A stretch of DNA of 64,000 nt from Octopus vulgaris (taxonomy: Eukaryota): the NCBI GenBank assembly GCA_951406725.2, contig OX597827.1, positions 38,254,001-38,318,000 of the forward strand. Direction: 5' to 3'. Shown piece after piece: positions 11,846 to 27,601 of this stretch. The stretch's first letter is position 1; the number at the start of each line of letters is the position of its first letter. Position numbers and translations under genes: made by a program. The notes beneath the pieces were generated by a model. The model was not told where the DNA came from. It saw nothing but the letters and a program-made list of their open reading frames with translations, and did not search any database.

Positions 11846-12689
11846 GTATATATATATCTATCTATATATATGTGCGTGAATATGTGTGTGTATATATGTT
11901 TGTGAATATGTGTGCGTATATATGTTTGTGAATGTGTATGTGTGCATGCAGGTATATGCATGTATGTATATATAATTATATATATATATACACACACACA
12001 TATCTATACACATATATATGCATGTATGTGTATATGTATGTATATGTGTGTATATGTATGCATGTATATGTACGTACCTACTCACACTCATAAGCTTACA
12101 CACACACACACTCACCCTCACGCACACCGACGCGAACACACAATTTGTCAAAAATCCGATGCAGATCAATGAATAAAATTTGGGGTTAGTGGGGAGGCGA
12201 GTCTGGTGTATTGAAATTACTAAAGCATTACCAACACACAAAAAGAAGAAAAAAAAACAGAAAAGAAGAAAGAAAATGAAGGAGAATGAAACGGAGAATA
12301 ACAAACGAAAAAAAAAAACCCATAAAGAATGCTCCATAAATAAATATATAAATATTTATCAGACTTCTACATAACTGATGACATACATGTTCGAAACCGT
12401 TTCTAATTTCACTAGCTATGGATAATGAGTATAACACTTTCCCCATTCTTACTAACATCAAACACACCTAACAAAAATTATAATAGGCATTATATAGATA
12501 TATTATACATAAAAATGTGTTACATAATATGTATGAGTATTTATATGTATTGCGTACTAAGAGTGCAAACTAACTTATGGGTTGAAAAAGGTAATGAGAA
12601 GGACCCAATCAAGGGTCACCCACACAAATAACACATCCCCTTATTTTTTTTCATGAACGAATCGACAACGGGGCACCTTTCCGTATGTG

Positions 12690-13880
12690 ATCACTCAATC
12701 TGCTAGAGAGAGCAGTCAGATCTCCCCTCAAATCACATCCCTGCCTTTTTATTAAAAAGAAAAAAAAGTAAAAGAGGGAGGGTTGTAAAGAAAGGAGCAC
12801 GTCGAATAATGTGATTCTAGATACACTATATCAGAACAGGAGACGGCATGTTCACGGTTAGAACGATTTTGATCATAGGTCATGCTCGACCAAGGCTGAC
12901 CTGGGGTTAAATAAGATCAACATCAACAGCAACAATAACCATTAAGAGGGTTGCACACCATAGATTACATAAGTCCTAGATAGTCAAATAGATAGGATGG
13001 CCACCCATGGAATACCTTTGGTTATTGGTCAACTATATCAAGGTTGATCTGGAGCTAAATAAAGTATGTGTTAGAGAACATAGGGGTAATAAGGAATAGT
13101 TCACTGATTAAGGGTCAACTACCCTTATAAAACAGCCATCATTTTACGAGTGAACCAACGAAAGAGAACATCTAGAAGCCGCTCATTTTGCTCGAAAGAG
13201 CAGCTAAATTTCCCTCAAATCATACCCAACAAGTTTCAAAAGGACACATTGGCTACTGAGATCCCAGATAGACAAGAAACGGGATGGCCACTGCTGGAAC
13301 GCAAATGACAAAAAATCCACTTTATCAAAGCTGACCAGGGGAGTTATGAACAACGACTCAGTTATATATTTTTTTAACATTTCATTATTATTCCGCCGAT
13401 GTTAACTTTGCTTTTGTTCCTTTCGGGGTCGATAAAATAAAGTACCAATCAAGTACTGGGGTCGATGTAATCGACCAGACCCCTCCACCAAATTCAAGGC
13501 TTTATGCTTATATTAGATAGAAACAAGTATTTTTATTATGTAATTAGATACAATAGCTGAAAACATGATACGTTAATGGTTTGTAAAATATTAACGCTGC
13601 AAGCATAGGGTTAATAATGAATAGAAAGTATAAGGTTCATCCGAATTAGTGAACCCCATCATTTTACAAGACGAAGAGCGTGCATCTCTACGCAGTTGCA
13701 CAGCTCCCACCCACAAAAAAACAAAAAAAAAAACAGCAGTTAAATCTCCCCCAAATCACACTTTTACCGTCTTAAAATAGGAAGAACACATTAAATAATG
13801 TAATCTTCTAGATATATTTATGTGCCAAAAGCAGACGGAAGGGCCACGGCGAGAACTGCTCTCAATCTGGAGTTATTAAA
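12690..13880 (+). repeat. Cluster of an old unclassified ~200-bp repeat (about 4 diverged copies)
   Basis: Recurring agcagYcaaatctcccYcaaatcacac ... ggatggcc..ggaatRcctttgRtcatagg..gctgacctggggYtaaa at ~12690, 12990, 13180 and 13730. Confidence 0.75.
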
Positions 13881-14684
13881 AAGAAAAGCATCATAAGAAA
13901 ATATTAAACAAAAAAAAAAGAACAAAATAATAAGTGGTAATTTAGTGTAGCGCAAAATGCTTCTCTGAATGACTACATGTAGTAGTTGAAGATTTAACAT
14001 GTATATGATTCTCTGTGAATGCTGTACACAAGTGGCAGGATACGAGGGGGGGGAGGAAAGAAAGGGGTGTCGAGTAAGAAAAAAAAGAGGGTCACGACAC
14101 ATATTGTATGTACGACGCATCTAGTGTGTATGTATGTGTGGAACTATCTATATGTATGTAGATATGTGCGTGTCTATGTGTGAGTACGTATAATTTACGT
14201 TTCAGATTTGTTGGAAAGCGTAGTCCAATGCATTAATACATATATCTATCTGCCTTCTCTCTCCCTCCCCGCTCTCTGTGTTTCTCTCTCTCTATCTCTC
14301 TCTATATATATATATTTGCTTTTACGTAACTCCATATTTATTAGTGGAAGAGTAGTTTGTGCATTTGTGATGCTGATGTTTTTTTTTATCAGTGAAAACA
14401 ATTCCATTACTCATTACTTATAGTATAATAAATGGAATAGATCCTAAATGGGAATATATATATATATATGTAGCTAGCTATATATATATATATAGAGAGA
14501 GAGAGAGATGACTCTTGAAATATATATATATATGTATGCATAGATAAATATAGATAAGATAGACTGACAAGCGATGTGTAAATATGTGTTTCTATGTATG
14601 TGGGTGTATGTGCATGCTTCTATATTATCTGAGTGTGTGTGTGTGCGTGCGTGTGTGTTTAGGTTTGAACTGTCAAGGGAGATA

Positions 14685-14760
14685 ATCGAGCGGAAGTTAG
14701 ACTCGGATTATTAGCAGATGGACTGCGCGCATGCGCAGTCGCCTATTTTGTTTCTCCTCG
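14685..14760 (+). promoter_or_regulatory. Putative TATA-less Pol II promoter (ETS and NRF1 motifs)
   Basis: CGGAAGT at 14691-14697; GACTGCGC-GCAT-GCGCAGTC at 14721-14740 contains GCGCATGCGC; local CpG enrichment in CpG-poor DNA. Confidence 0.75.
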
Positions 14761-15004
14761 TCGCGCCAGATGTAGACGGTCGATCCTCGCTCCAAGTGGG
14801 ATTATTTTATTTTTTTGTTTCGGGGGCCTCCCGCTCCGTGATAAAGGATACCATTTTTTTTTGAAAAGGAAAACTGAACAAACCTCGAAATATAAAGTTG
14901 TCAAAAAAAAAAAAAAAAAGTAATTCAAGGAAAACGATAAAATTAAATGCAGCAATAGTAATAACCCAGATGTATTTACTCTCGTGGTTTTGGCCGAAAA
15001 AAAG
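14745..15004 (+). other. Probable first exon of an unidentified host gene (5' UTR, possibly with short MYLLSWFWPKK start/uORF at 14970)
   Basis: Unique sequence directly after the promoter motifs, ending at a strong donor AAG|GTAAGA (15005-15010); start position approximate. Confidence 0.6.
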
Positions 15005-15034
15005 GTAAGACGTTTATCAATGTTATTATTATTG

Positions 15035-15520
15035 TTCCGAGTTCAAATCCCGTCGCTGTCGACTTTTGCCTTTCAGCCTTCCAAAGGATTAATGAAATAA
15101 TATACCAGTCAAATACTGAGGTCTATATAACTGACTTGACCCCCTCCTCTCTCCCCACCAAATATGTGGCCTTGTGCCTATGTTAGAAATCATTATCATT
15201 AATATTATAAGAAACGATTATTATTTATTTACATTATGACTCCATTTTTGCTTCCATCCTTTCTGGGGGTCGATAAATTAAACTACTTGTCATATACGAT
15301 ATTTAATTTGACCATCCATACACCTCCCTTAAAATTGTGTCCTTGTGCCTGTTTTGAAAGAAATTAATCTTAAATTTTTCTGGATTCAAAATCTTGCCCA
15401 GGTTCACTATCACCCTTCCTGAGATCAATAAAGAAAGTACCAGTAATATTAGTAGGATCGATTTAATCGACTGCCCCCTTCCCAAGAAATCGTTGACCCT
15501 TGAATATCTATGTTAGAAAT
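15035..15520 (+). mobile_element. Three tandem decayed Nin-domain-like SINEs
   Basis: gagttcaaatccc..gtcgacttttgcctttca.., ccatcctttctgggggtcgataaa and ggattcaaaatcttgcccagg.. each end in a ccttgtgcctatgttagaaa-like tail. Confidence 0.7.
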
Positions 15521-15778
15521 CAGTCTTTGATCATTATTGTTGTTGTATATGTCAGCCTTATGTTATTGTTTTTTGTTTTTTTTTGTGTGCGAAATGCTTC
15601 GTTCATGTGGATGCATGTTTGTTTAATCTTCATGTATGTTTATTTGTCTTCGTGTGTGTGTGTGTATTTGCATGTGTTTGTGATACCAGCTTTAAAATGT
15701 GTTTTGTGGTCGTTTCCCAGTCCCATGTTGTCAATATGACAGTTTGACATCACACCAAACTGATACGTGTGTGTATGA

Positions 15779-15817
<39 letters not shown>

Positions 15818-15919
15818 GATACACACATTTTCTTACATTCGCATATACACAAACATAACATTGGTTGTGATGGCGGCGGTGTTGATGATTGTCATGATGC
15901 GGATGGTGATGTTATTGTT

Positions 15920-17375
15920 TAGCTCCAGGTCAACTTTGATATTGAGTAGAGCAATGATAAAAGACATTCCAGCCGTGATCATTATGTCGTTTATTAAGAT
16001 TTAGTGCATTCTAAGACCACATTATATAACGTGTCCTTTCATAAATACGATAGACTGATTTAAGGGAGCTTTAGCTACAATTTCTTGCAAGAGGTTGGCT
16101 TCTTCATGCGGATGGCATTTGTTGGTGTGTGCCAATGTATGGGGTGTTGAGTACTGCTTGGTTTAGCGTTTACTAGTGATTTGGGTGGCGCGTTGGTGGT
16201 ATTACTGGTATGGGGATGGTATTTGTGATAGTGCTATTTATGATGTGGTGGCCATGGGTGTAGTGCTATCAGAGTTTTGCATTAAACGATGTGGAATGGT
16301 GTTACGGAGGTTATGGTTTAAATGATGTGGTGATTGTAGTGGGGTGTGGTATTCATGGAAGCTGCAATGCTATGGTGTGGTGACAGGGCTTTGACAATGT
16401 GAGGGCTTGTGGTGATAAATGGTATGACACTATCAGAGGCTAGTGGAGGGAAGGTATTAATGGGGGTAATAGCCGTGGTGGAGCAATTAATGATGTGGTA
16501 CTGTTGGTGTCGTGTTCGTGGAGGCTGTAGTTGTGATTATTAATGATGTTGTATGACATGTAGCGAAAATAATATTGTTTATCCCCAAACTGATCGAGCA
16601 GACCTTTGATGAAAGGCATTCCATCCGTGTCCGTTCCGTCGTTTTCCCATACAGGGGAAAACCAATGCCGCATCGTCTATAGGAATAGTGAGGAATATTT
16701 GGCTGCTACTTTTAGCAGATTGAGTGACCACGTAGAAGCGTTCATGATGACTCGCTAATACTGATGTGGTGGCTGTGATCGTCATATTAATAGTGTTTTA
16801 GTTGTGGTGGTAGTGGTGGGGTTAGTGACTGACTGTTGTGTTATTAATGGTGTCATGTTAGTAGAGGTGGTGTTGATGTTAATAGCGGAATTCGAACTCC
16901 AATGTCATAGTATGTGTAGCGATGGAAATGTAGTCTTCCCATCAATCCTGTACATCGAGCCAACGTGGTGGGCGCCCTCTACACAGTTGCTGATGTTGCT
17001 TAGCCCCAGGCAATCCCTCATCGATCTGATCAAAGATGTTCTGTTCGTTATCATCCCGCCTTTTCGTTTTGTACATTGAAGATTACACTGTTCAGTGTGT
17101 CATCTTTTTTCCTTCTTTTGTTTTAAATCAATAGGATGAGATTTGGTTGCTATTTCTTGTAGGTCGAGCGATTGTATAGAGGCTTTCTCCGACGTTGATT
17201 GTACAAGATATATCAGTCAAATCTTCATTTTAATCACACCCCTAGTGTTGTAATAAATAGTGGATGCATTGGATGGTCTAGGGAACACAATGAGTGAAAA
17301 TAAAAAGATGAAATCCTGCATGAATACCTTTGGTCATCTGTCTATTTGATCAGGGCTGACCTGAGGTTAAACAAC
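15920..17375 (-). repeat. Further copies of the old ~200-bp repeat (three reversed, one forward)
   Basis: Reverse-orientation copies at ~15920-16095, 16580-16740 and 17000-17190; forward copy at 17210-17375. Confidence 0.7.
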
Positions 17376-17680
17376 AGCAACTCATCCATCTCTCATCATT
17401 CGTTGCTCATCTCTCTGTATAACCATCACCCTCCATTTATATGGGTGTATAGAACACGTACTTAACACACAGTCTTCCAAACAATATTCGTTTTCCACTA
17501 ATATCTGTTTAAGAATCATGCTACATGTATAGCCTCCGTTCATAGGTATGTTACATGTGTATGTATCGATGTTCGTATGTGCATGCATACATACTTACAT
17601 AAACACACACACATGTAGGGACTTCAAGTTTCGCCTATGGCAGGCAGGCTTAACCCTACATTTATGTGTAAATACTAAAA

Positions 17681-18970
<1,290 letters not shown>

Positions 18971-20169
18971 CAAACACACACACACACATATATATATAAT
19001 ACATACATGTGTATGCATGAATTCACAGATTTGTGTGTATGCTTTACATGCAAATAACTATAGTTGAGTGATAATTTACGTGTGCGTATGCATATATCTA
19101 TGTATGCGTGAGTGTGTATGTATCATATATATATATGTGTGTGTACACACACCAACACACATATATATGTGTATATGCATATCCTATGTATATGTATGTG
19201 TGCCCACCCGTGACGCCACCACGCCGTCAGTCAGTCTGTCTGTCACACAGACAAACAGTTGGAAAGAAGAGTTAGTTTTTGCAGATGTCTAACGATGTGG
19301 TTGTGATGGTTCTCTTCCCCTCTCTAACCCCGCATTCTATATCTTTCTCTCATCACTGTGTGTATGTATATATATATATATGTACATGTGTGTGTGTATC
19401 TATTTTGAGTCCACTGAAAATAGCCCGCCCCCTCACCTCAGTACAATGTGTGTGAATGTTAATTCCCTCTCTTCGCTTTTAAACTCAGCCTCTACGAAAC
19501 TATTGAAGGAAGCCGACCTCTTCATACCTTCATATATATATATGTGTGTATCTACATAGTTATTATTTATATATATTTATTTGTGTATATATATATATAT
19601 GTGTGTGTGCGAGTGTACGTATGAGTAATATACGCGTGAATGTATATATATATATATATATATATATACATACATACATACACACACATATGCAAACACA
19701 TTTTTCATGGCTGTTCTTTTACAGGTTTGGCTAATACACCATTTTCAAATTATGTTGTATGAATGTGTATACACACACACACACATATATATATAGCCTG
19801 CATATATATACATACACACACATATATATATATAGCCTGCATATACATGCGTACATATGTATTCTTATGTCATGCTTTCATTATTAGCTTGTTTTAAATC
19901 GCGCTTTTAAAAGAAAACGTAAACAATGTGCGTGTGTACCTAAAAATAATTATACACACACTCGCACATTTGTACTTCCAAATATATACTTCCCTATTAG
20001 AATTAGCCGACCTCTCACCGGAACAATGAACGAACGTTATATTTATATATCTCTATATATAATATATATATATATATGTCTACTGTATGTTTGCTGCCTG
20101 TAAACACAGACGTTTGTGTTTGTGTGTTTCGTTTATGTAATTACATAGCTGTACGCGTGCGTGTATACT

Positions 20170-20370
20170 CTTTTTTACTCTTTTACTTGTTTCAGCGGCC
20201 ATGCTGGAGCACCGCCTTTAGTCGAGGAAATCGGCCCCAGGACTTATTCTTTGTAAGCCTAGTGCTAATTCTATCAGTCATTTTTGCCGAACCGCTAAGT
20301 TACGGTGGCGTAAACACACCAGCATCGGTTGTCAAGCGATGTTGGGTGGGGGACAAACACAGAGTCACAA

Positions 20371-20409
<39 letters not shown>

Positions 20410-20582
20410 CATATATACGACGGGCTTCTTTCAGTTTCCGTCTACCAAATCCACTCACAAGGCTTTGGTTGGCCCGAAGCTCTAGTAGAAGACACTTGCC
20501 CAAAGTGCCACGCAGTGGTACTGAACCTGGAACCATGTGGTTCGTAAGCAAGCTACTTACTACATAGCCACTACTGCGCCTA
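20170..20582 (-). mobile_element. Full-length tRNA-derived CORE-like SINE (dominant family, probably octopus OR2-type)
   Basis: Minus strand has a ggcgcagtagtggctatgtagtaag head, B-box ggttccaggttcagtacc, CORE-like ctttgggcaagtgtc, internal (TA)/(TG) tract and gaaacaagtaaaagag tail; roughly 30 full or partial copies in the window. Confidence 0.9.
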
Positions 20583-20864
20583 TATTCATTTATGTGTTTA
20601 CCTGTTTCAGTATTTGGGTTGTGGCTATGCTGGGGCACCGCTTTGAAGGGTAATAGCCGAACGAATCACCCCCTCCCCCCTTACACTTTTTTAAAGGCCT
20701 GGTCTCTTGCTGAACCGCTAAGTTCACGGGAACGTAAACAAACCAACAGTGGTTGTCAAGCGGTGATGAGGACACACATATATACAAACACGAGTGAGTG
20801 GAGAAACGAAAGAAGGGCACTCAACAGATTTAATGGGAGTTACAAGTATGATCCATACATCACA

Positions 20865-21215
20865 GTGGCTGTGTGGTAAGAAGCTTGCTTCTCAACCACA
20901 TGGTTCTGGGTTCAGCCCTACTGCGTGGCTCCTTGGGCGAGTGTTTTCTACTATAGCGTCGGGCCGACCAAAGCCTTGTGAGTGGATTTGGTAGACGGAA
21001 ACTGAAAGAAGCCCGTCGTATATATATATATATAAAATGTATGTATGTGTGTTTGTTATTTGTGTCTGTGTTTGTCCCCCACCATCGCTTGACAACTGAT
21101 GTTAGTGTGTTAACGGTTCGGCAAAAGTGACCGGTAGAATAAGTACTAGGCTTACAAAAAATAAGTCCTGGGGTCGATTTGTTCGACTAAAGGTGGTGCT
21201 CCAGCATGGCCGCAG
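20865..21215 (+). mobile_element. CORE-like SINE copy
   Basis: gtggctgtgtggtaagaagcttgctt...ccttgggcgagtg...gctccagcatggccgcagtcaaa. Confidence 0.9.
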
Positions 21216-21269
21216 TCAAATATATATACATACACATATATATATTATATTCCTTTACTTGTTTCAGTC

Positions 21270-21308
<39 letters not shown>

Positions 21309-21944
21309 TATATACGACGTCTACCAAATCCGCTCACAAAATGCCACGCAGTGGAACTGAACCGGGAACCATATGGCTTAGAAGCAAACTTCTTGCGATA
21401 CACCCACGCCTATTCATGTGTATACTTGTAGTTTAAAAAAGTATCTGTTAGGCATGTTTAAGTCAGTGGTGGTTAGCTCAGTGGCGCACTTGTTTGCCGC
21501 GAAATTTAGTGAGATGCAAAAGTGTTACTAAATAAGAATATATTTAAAATTCAGATTAATATAAACTGAATACCAAATATAAATGAAGAAATCTACTTAA
21601 TTTTTTGTTAAATTTCGACTAAAATGTATCAATACCTCCTTTTTTTATTCAGTGCATTTTTTTTTCATTTTGTCATTAAGAAGATCGCTTTACAACCATG
21701 AGGTTAGGGGTTCAGTCTCATTGCGCGGCAGCTTGAGCTAATATCTTCTACTCTAGCCCCAGTCCGACCAAAGCCTTGCTTTGGATTTGGTAAATGGTAA
21801 TTTAAACCCCGCTGTGTGTGTATGTGTGTGTGTCCCATCTCTTGACAACCAGTGTTGGTTTGTTTACGTTCCGGTTAATTAGCGGTTCGGCAAAAGAGAC
21901 CGATAGAATATCAGGCGTACTGGAGTCAATTTATTCGACTAAAC

Positions 21945-22562
21945 CAGTGGTTCTTAAATTTCTTTCTTTTTTTTTTATGCCTCTGGACACCTTTGATTCC
22001 CATTTTACTCAGAGGGGGTGATCCCCACCTCCACCAGCCATTCGATGTCCAAAAACTTATATTTTTGTGATTAAATATCATTAGGACCTTTATTTGTTTG
22101 CCATTTGACTGTGCTGGAGCACCGCCTTTTAGTCGAACAAATCAATCCCAGGACGTATTCTTTGTAAGCCTGTTACTTATTCTATCGGTCTCTTTTGCTG
22201 AACCGGTAAGTTACAGGGACATAAACACACCAACATCGGTTGTCAAGCGATCGTAAGGGAGACAAAGACAAATGTGTGAGTGTGTGTATACGACGGGCTT
22301 CTTTCAGTTTCCTTCTTCCAAATTCACTCACAAGGCTTTAATCAGCCCGAGGTTATAGTAGAAGACACTTGCCTAAGGTGCCACACAGTGGGACTGAACC
22401 CGGAACCATGTGGTTGGGAAGCAAGCTTACCACACAGTCACGCCTGCGCCTTCGATTTGTATAAAAGTTATAATATTTTGTGTATTTTAGAAATATAACC
22501 AGTTTATTGCACATAAATTTTATATAACAATTTCTTGTATGGACTCCAGTCGAGAACCCCTT
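21945..22562. mobile_element. hAT (Charlie-like) MITE inside a SINE, itself interrupted by a SINE (22085-22450)
   Basis: Ends CAGTGGTTCTTAAA and TCGAGAACCCCTT; left flank gactaaac; similar to 36277-36500. Confidence 0.6.
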
Positions 22563-23865
22563 GACAAAGCACTTCAAGGCTGTGCCTCGTCATGGCCGTA
22601 GCCTAGTGATTGAAGCCTGGAAAAGATACAGTGCGCTGAAATTTTTCTTTCTATTTAATCTGAAGTGCAGAACGTTAAAAGAAATTTAGGAGCTATCTAA
22701 TGCGCTCTAAGCATTATTCCTTAGGAGATTATGTATGGTTTAATAATAATAATAATAATAATTTGTTCGTTTATTGGCCACAAGGGCTAACAAAAATCAA
22801 TTAAAACATAAATAATAATAATAAGAAGAAGAAGCGAAAACATCACAATCTAAGGAGTTTTAAAACACCTTGAGGAATTTTTAGTCGATCGAATCGACCC
22901 CAGTACTTGTTTTTATTTATTTATTTTTTAGCCTGGTACTTATTCTATCGGACTGTTTTGCCGAACCGCTAAGTCACGGGGACGTAAACACATGAACACC
23001 GGTTATCAAGTGGTGATGGAGAGACAAACACACACACACATACGGTGGGCTTCTTTCAGTTTCCTTCTCCCAAATGAAGGACGACACTTTCAACAGCTCT
23101 TATAAAGTTTTTAAAAGTCTTGTAAAGTCTAATATATTCTTTTGTAGTCTTATACCATCTTATAAATATTTATTTTGCAATAAAATATTTACTGCAGAGA
23201 GACTTTTGAACAGACTATAGAAGGGTTACACGAAAAGCAGAGTCTTGAGTCCTGTCTCAACTGTAACCATAAATTTCATTCCAAAATTGGTCTAATAAAC
23301 CACTTTAGGACCCAAAAAGTATAAAGCTGATAATCTGATCATCTTCAGACATGAAGGACGAACCCAATAATAATAAGATAATTGTAATCTACAGTACTTA
23401 AAACAATACTTATCCGAAGAAATTAGGGTTTTTGGCACGCTAAGTAATTTCCGACTCTATTGTATTGGAATGCCAGCTATACGCAACCATCTCTGTTTAT
23501 GTATATATTTTACGAGTATATTTTCTTAATTTATATAGCTATTTGCATACACGTGTGTGTGTGTTTATCGATTCATCTATTGCATATTAACCCGTACTCA
23601 AGAGCGTGTTTGTGTGTGAATCCTTGTGAGTGATCTTCATTATGAGTTTGCGTTCAACTTCAATCCACACTAGTGCAGATTCCATAGGTTTGTAGTAATT
23701 ACTCCTTATCGTGACTCGTCGCGGTTCGATTCTCTTTCATTTCGCCCACAGAACGCTATGACCTGAGCTCAGCATTTGATCCTACATCGATTTGAATACG
23801 CGCCTAAATGTTTAACATACACTCATAAATACACACACGGACACGCACATTTATACATATATATA

Positions 23866-24880
<1,015 letters not shown>

Positions 24881-25070
24881 CTATATGTATAGATATACAC
24901 GTATATATATATATATATTCAATTCAGGGGACGACAAGTTCAAAGGAAGCTATGTTCGACCACTTATAATGGAAAAACTCAAAAGATAATTTTGAGAGTG
25001 AATAAAATATCTATTCCACAATCGTTAGTCCAATAGAATATACTTTCTGATTATACACACACATATAATC

Positions 25071-25165
<95 letters not shown>

Positions 25166-25169
<4 letters not shown>

Positions 25170-25372
25170 GGGAGGGAACTGAAAATTTGCTGGCTTTGGG
25201 TAACAGGAAATTATAGGAGAATCAGTTGATTGATTTTATTCAACGTATTCCCCTCTCAGATTCACACCCTCATTGCAGAGGTCCTTCGGTTTTTCTAAGC
25301 CCTGTGAATGAACTCGGAAATAAGGTCTTCCTCGATGCCCTTAAAGCCAGGAACTTTCAGTCACCCTCTCGT
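25166..25372 (-). mobile_element. Internally deleted mariner element (MITE)
   Basis: Imperfect TIRs atgagggagggaactgaaaatttgctggcttt / aaagccaggaactttcagtcaccctctcgt; minus strand retains the transposase C-terminus QGLEKPKDLCNEGVNLRGEYVE*. Confidence 0.8.
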
Positions 25373-26053
25373 TTGTGTATGTGTAGATAGATAGATACAC
25401 AGAGGTGCGTGTGTGTTTCAATTTACGTACATGGTGGTGCTCCAGCATGACCACAGCAGCATGGCTGAAACGAGTAAAAGAGTAAAATATCATGAAGTTA
25501 CACTACCCACGAACATGTCACCTCTCTGCGCTCACACTTGCTCATGTATGTATACTTCTTCCACCCACCTAATTCTCCCCCGCCCCGTCCCCCACTCCAG
25601 TCCAGTTTTGTTCAAAACTGGAGTTGTTGACAGTTTCAACGTTACCAACATACTTGGTAGTGGAAGGTGAAATGGCGACGCTCCTCTCTTTCTTTCTCTC
25701 CCTCCGCTATTTTCCCTCCTTCCACATTCAGACATACGGGTACAAACAGCCAAACATTTCACAACTCTAGTTCTCTCTCTCATGGAATAGCCGCTCTTTT
25801 CTCTTTCTTACATGCTCGTGTGTGTGTGTTATGCATTTGTATATGCATATATCTATATCTGTATGAGGATGTATGTTTTATCTATGTGTGTACATGTTTA
25901 GCTCTTTTGTATTTTCTTTTTAATCTGGTGTCATTCTATAAAGAAGTAGTTGGTTTTTAAATAAGAAACAAAGCTCTGTTATGGAAATTCAGGCAACAAA
26001 ACCCATACTAAAATTCAGAAAAATCTTAAATATTTTCACTGTTCCACTCACAG

Positions 26054-26168
26054 AAATATATGTTAGAAAGCCTTTATGTCGTTGCCAGAAAGATGAAGAT
26101 ATTTTCAAGATTTTCATTTTGCCAACCAACAGCATCTCTAAATAATAGCATTGATAACTGGTGTAAAT
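26054..26168 (+). other. Candidate internal exon (115 nt)
   Basis: Pyrimidine-rich ttttcactgttccactcacAG acceptor and AT|GTAAGT donor around unique sequence; no homology recognised. Confidence 0.3.
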
Positions 26169-26542
26169 GTAAGTTAATAATTTGTGTAAACATGGTGTTG
26201 CTCTTTTTTTCCCTCATAGATGTAAATATTTATTATACAGACGTAGGGCTGGATTAACTGGTTTGTTATTTGTGTCTCTGTTTGTCCCCCACCATCACTT
26301 GACAACTGATGTTGGTGTGTTTATGTCCCCGTAACTTAAGGGTTCAGCAAAAGGGACCGATAGAATAAGTACTAGGCTTACAAAAAAGTAAGTCCTGGGG
26401 TTGATTTGTTCGACTAAAGGTTGTGCTCCAGCATGGCTGCAATCAAATGACTGAAACAAGTAAAAAGAATAATATATATGTGTGTGTGTGTATATATTTA
26501 TACATATATATATGTGTAAATATATATATATATATATATATA

Positions 26543-26705
26543 TTACACTCTCGGAGTGGTTGGCATTAGGAAGGGCATCCAGCTGTAGAAACTCTGCCAG
26601 ATCAAAATTGGAGCCTGGTGCAGCCACCTGGTTCGCCAGCCCTCAGTCAAAATCGTCCAACCCATGCTAGCATGGAAAGCGGACATTAAACGATGATGAT
26701 AATGA
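26543..26705 (+). mobile_element. Short RTE 3'-end element
   Basis: tacactctcggagtggttggcattaggaagggcatccagctgtagaaac...ttaaacgatgatgat closely matches 57140-57314. Confidence 0.9.
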
Positions 26706-27029
26706 TGGTGATACACGCATATAAACATACATATAATGGTGGTGCTCCAGCATGGCCACAGTCACCGGACTGAAACATGTAAAAGAATAAAAGACAGGAA
26801 AATAATATTTCAAACGCAATGTAGCTGTGAAAACAGCAGAAAGATTGGGTGTCCCCCCCCCTTGTAAACTTTTTCTTTCTTTTTTTTTTCCATTCAAAAT
26901 ATTACCTTCTTGTCTGTATAATACAATACACATTCAACACTTCTAAAAACAAAATAGAAGTTTGTTTACACATATGTATTTATGTATGCTTGACTAAACA
27001 ATTTGTAGATCCTTCCCTGAGTCATATAG

Positions 27030-27260
27030 ATTCATAGGGCTAGTTTACTGGTTTCTGTGGCATATATATATATATATCCAGTCCCTGGATAGGAAGCCAG
27101 TCCATTGCTGGATAACTCATTTTTGTCACCTGAGTGGACTGGAGCAACATGAAATGAAATGTTTTGCTCAAGAACACAATACATCGCCCAGTCCAGGAAT
27201 TGAAACCGCAATCTCTTACGATCTTGAGTCCAACACCCTAACCACTAAGCCACAATCCTT
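27030..27260 (-). mobile_element. Meta-domain-like tRNA SINE
   Basis: Minus strand: tggcttagtggttagggtg head, gtgttcttgagcaaaac, then gcaatggactggcttcctatccaggg; sister copy at 50655-50872. Confidence 0.8.
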
Positions 27261-27601
27261 CACTTCAACAATTAGTTATATAACCAAATGCTCCACTGAT
27301 ATATATGTTAATTAATGATCTGTAATGGAAACAAAGTAAAATGAAAACAAATATTGATACAAATGTGAAGTAATAACCTGTGAACAGACACTAAATTTCT
27401 GTGGGTAAGAAGTTAGCTTTGTTTTCAATTTCACTGTGACACCTTGGGTATTTTTCTTTGTGTTGTTGAATGGACCTAAGATTCCAAGACTTGTTAGCAA
27501 GATTGAATCCACCGAAACTGCATGAGAGTCAATTTGGTGGGCTGTAAATGTATTTCAAGAAACCAGTTTTATCATGCAATGGTTCTGTTGGAGTTATTAT
27601 A

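Noticed and set aside
12375-12405. CTGATGA...CGAAACCGTT hammerhead-like motif
   Set aside because: No stem I complementarity, and stem II overlaps the core; may be chance or too decayed to call.
20076-20638. 163-aa and 112-aa ORFs recurring with similar peptides elsewhere
   Set aside because: Translations of the CORE-like SINE.
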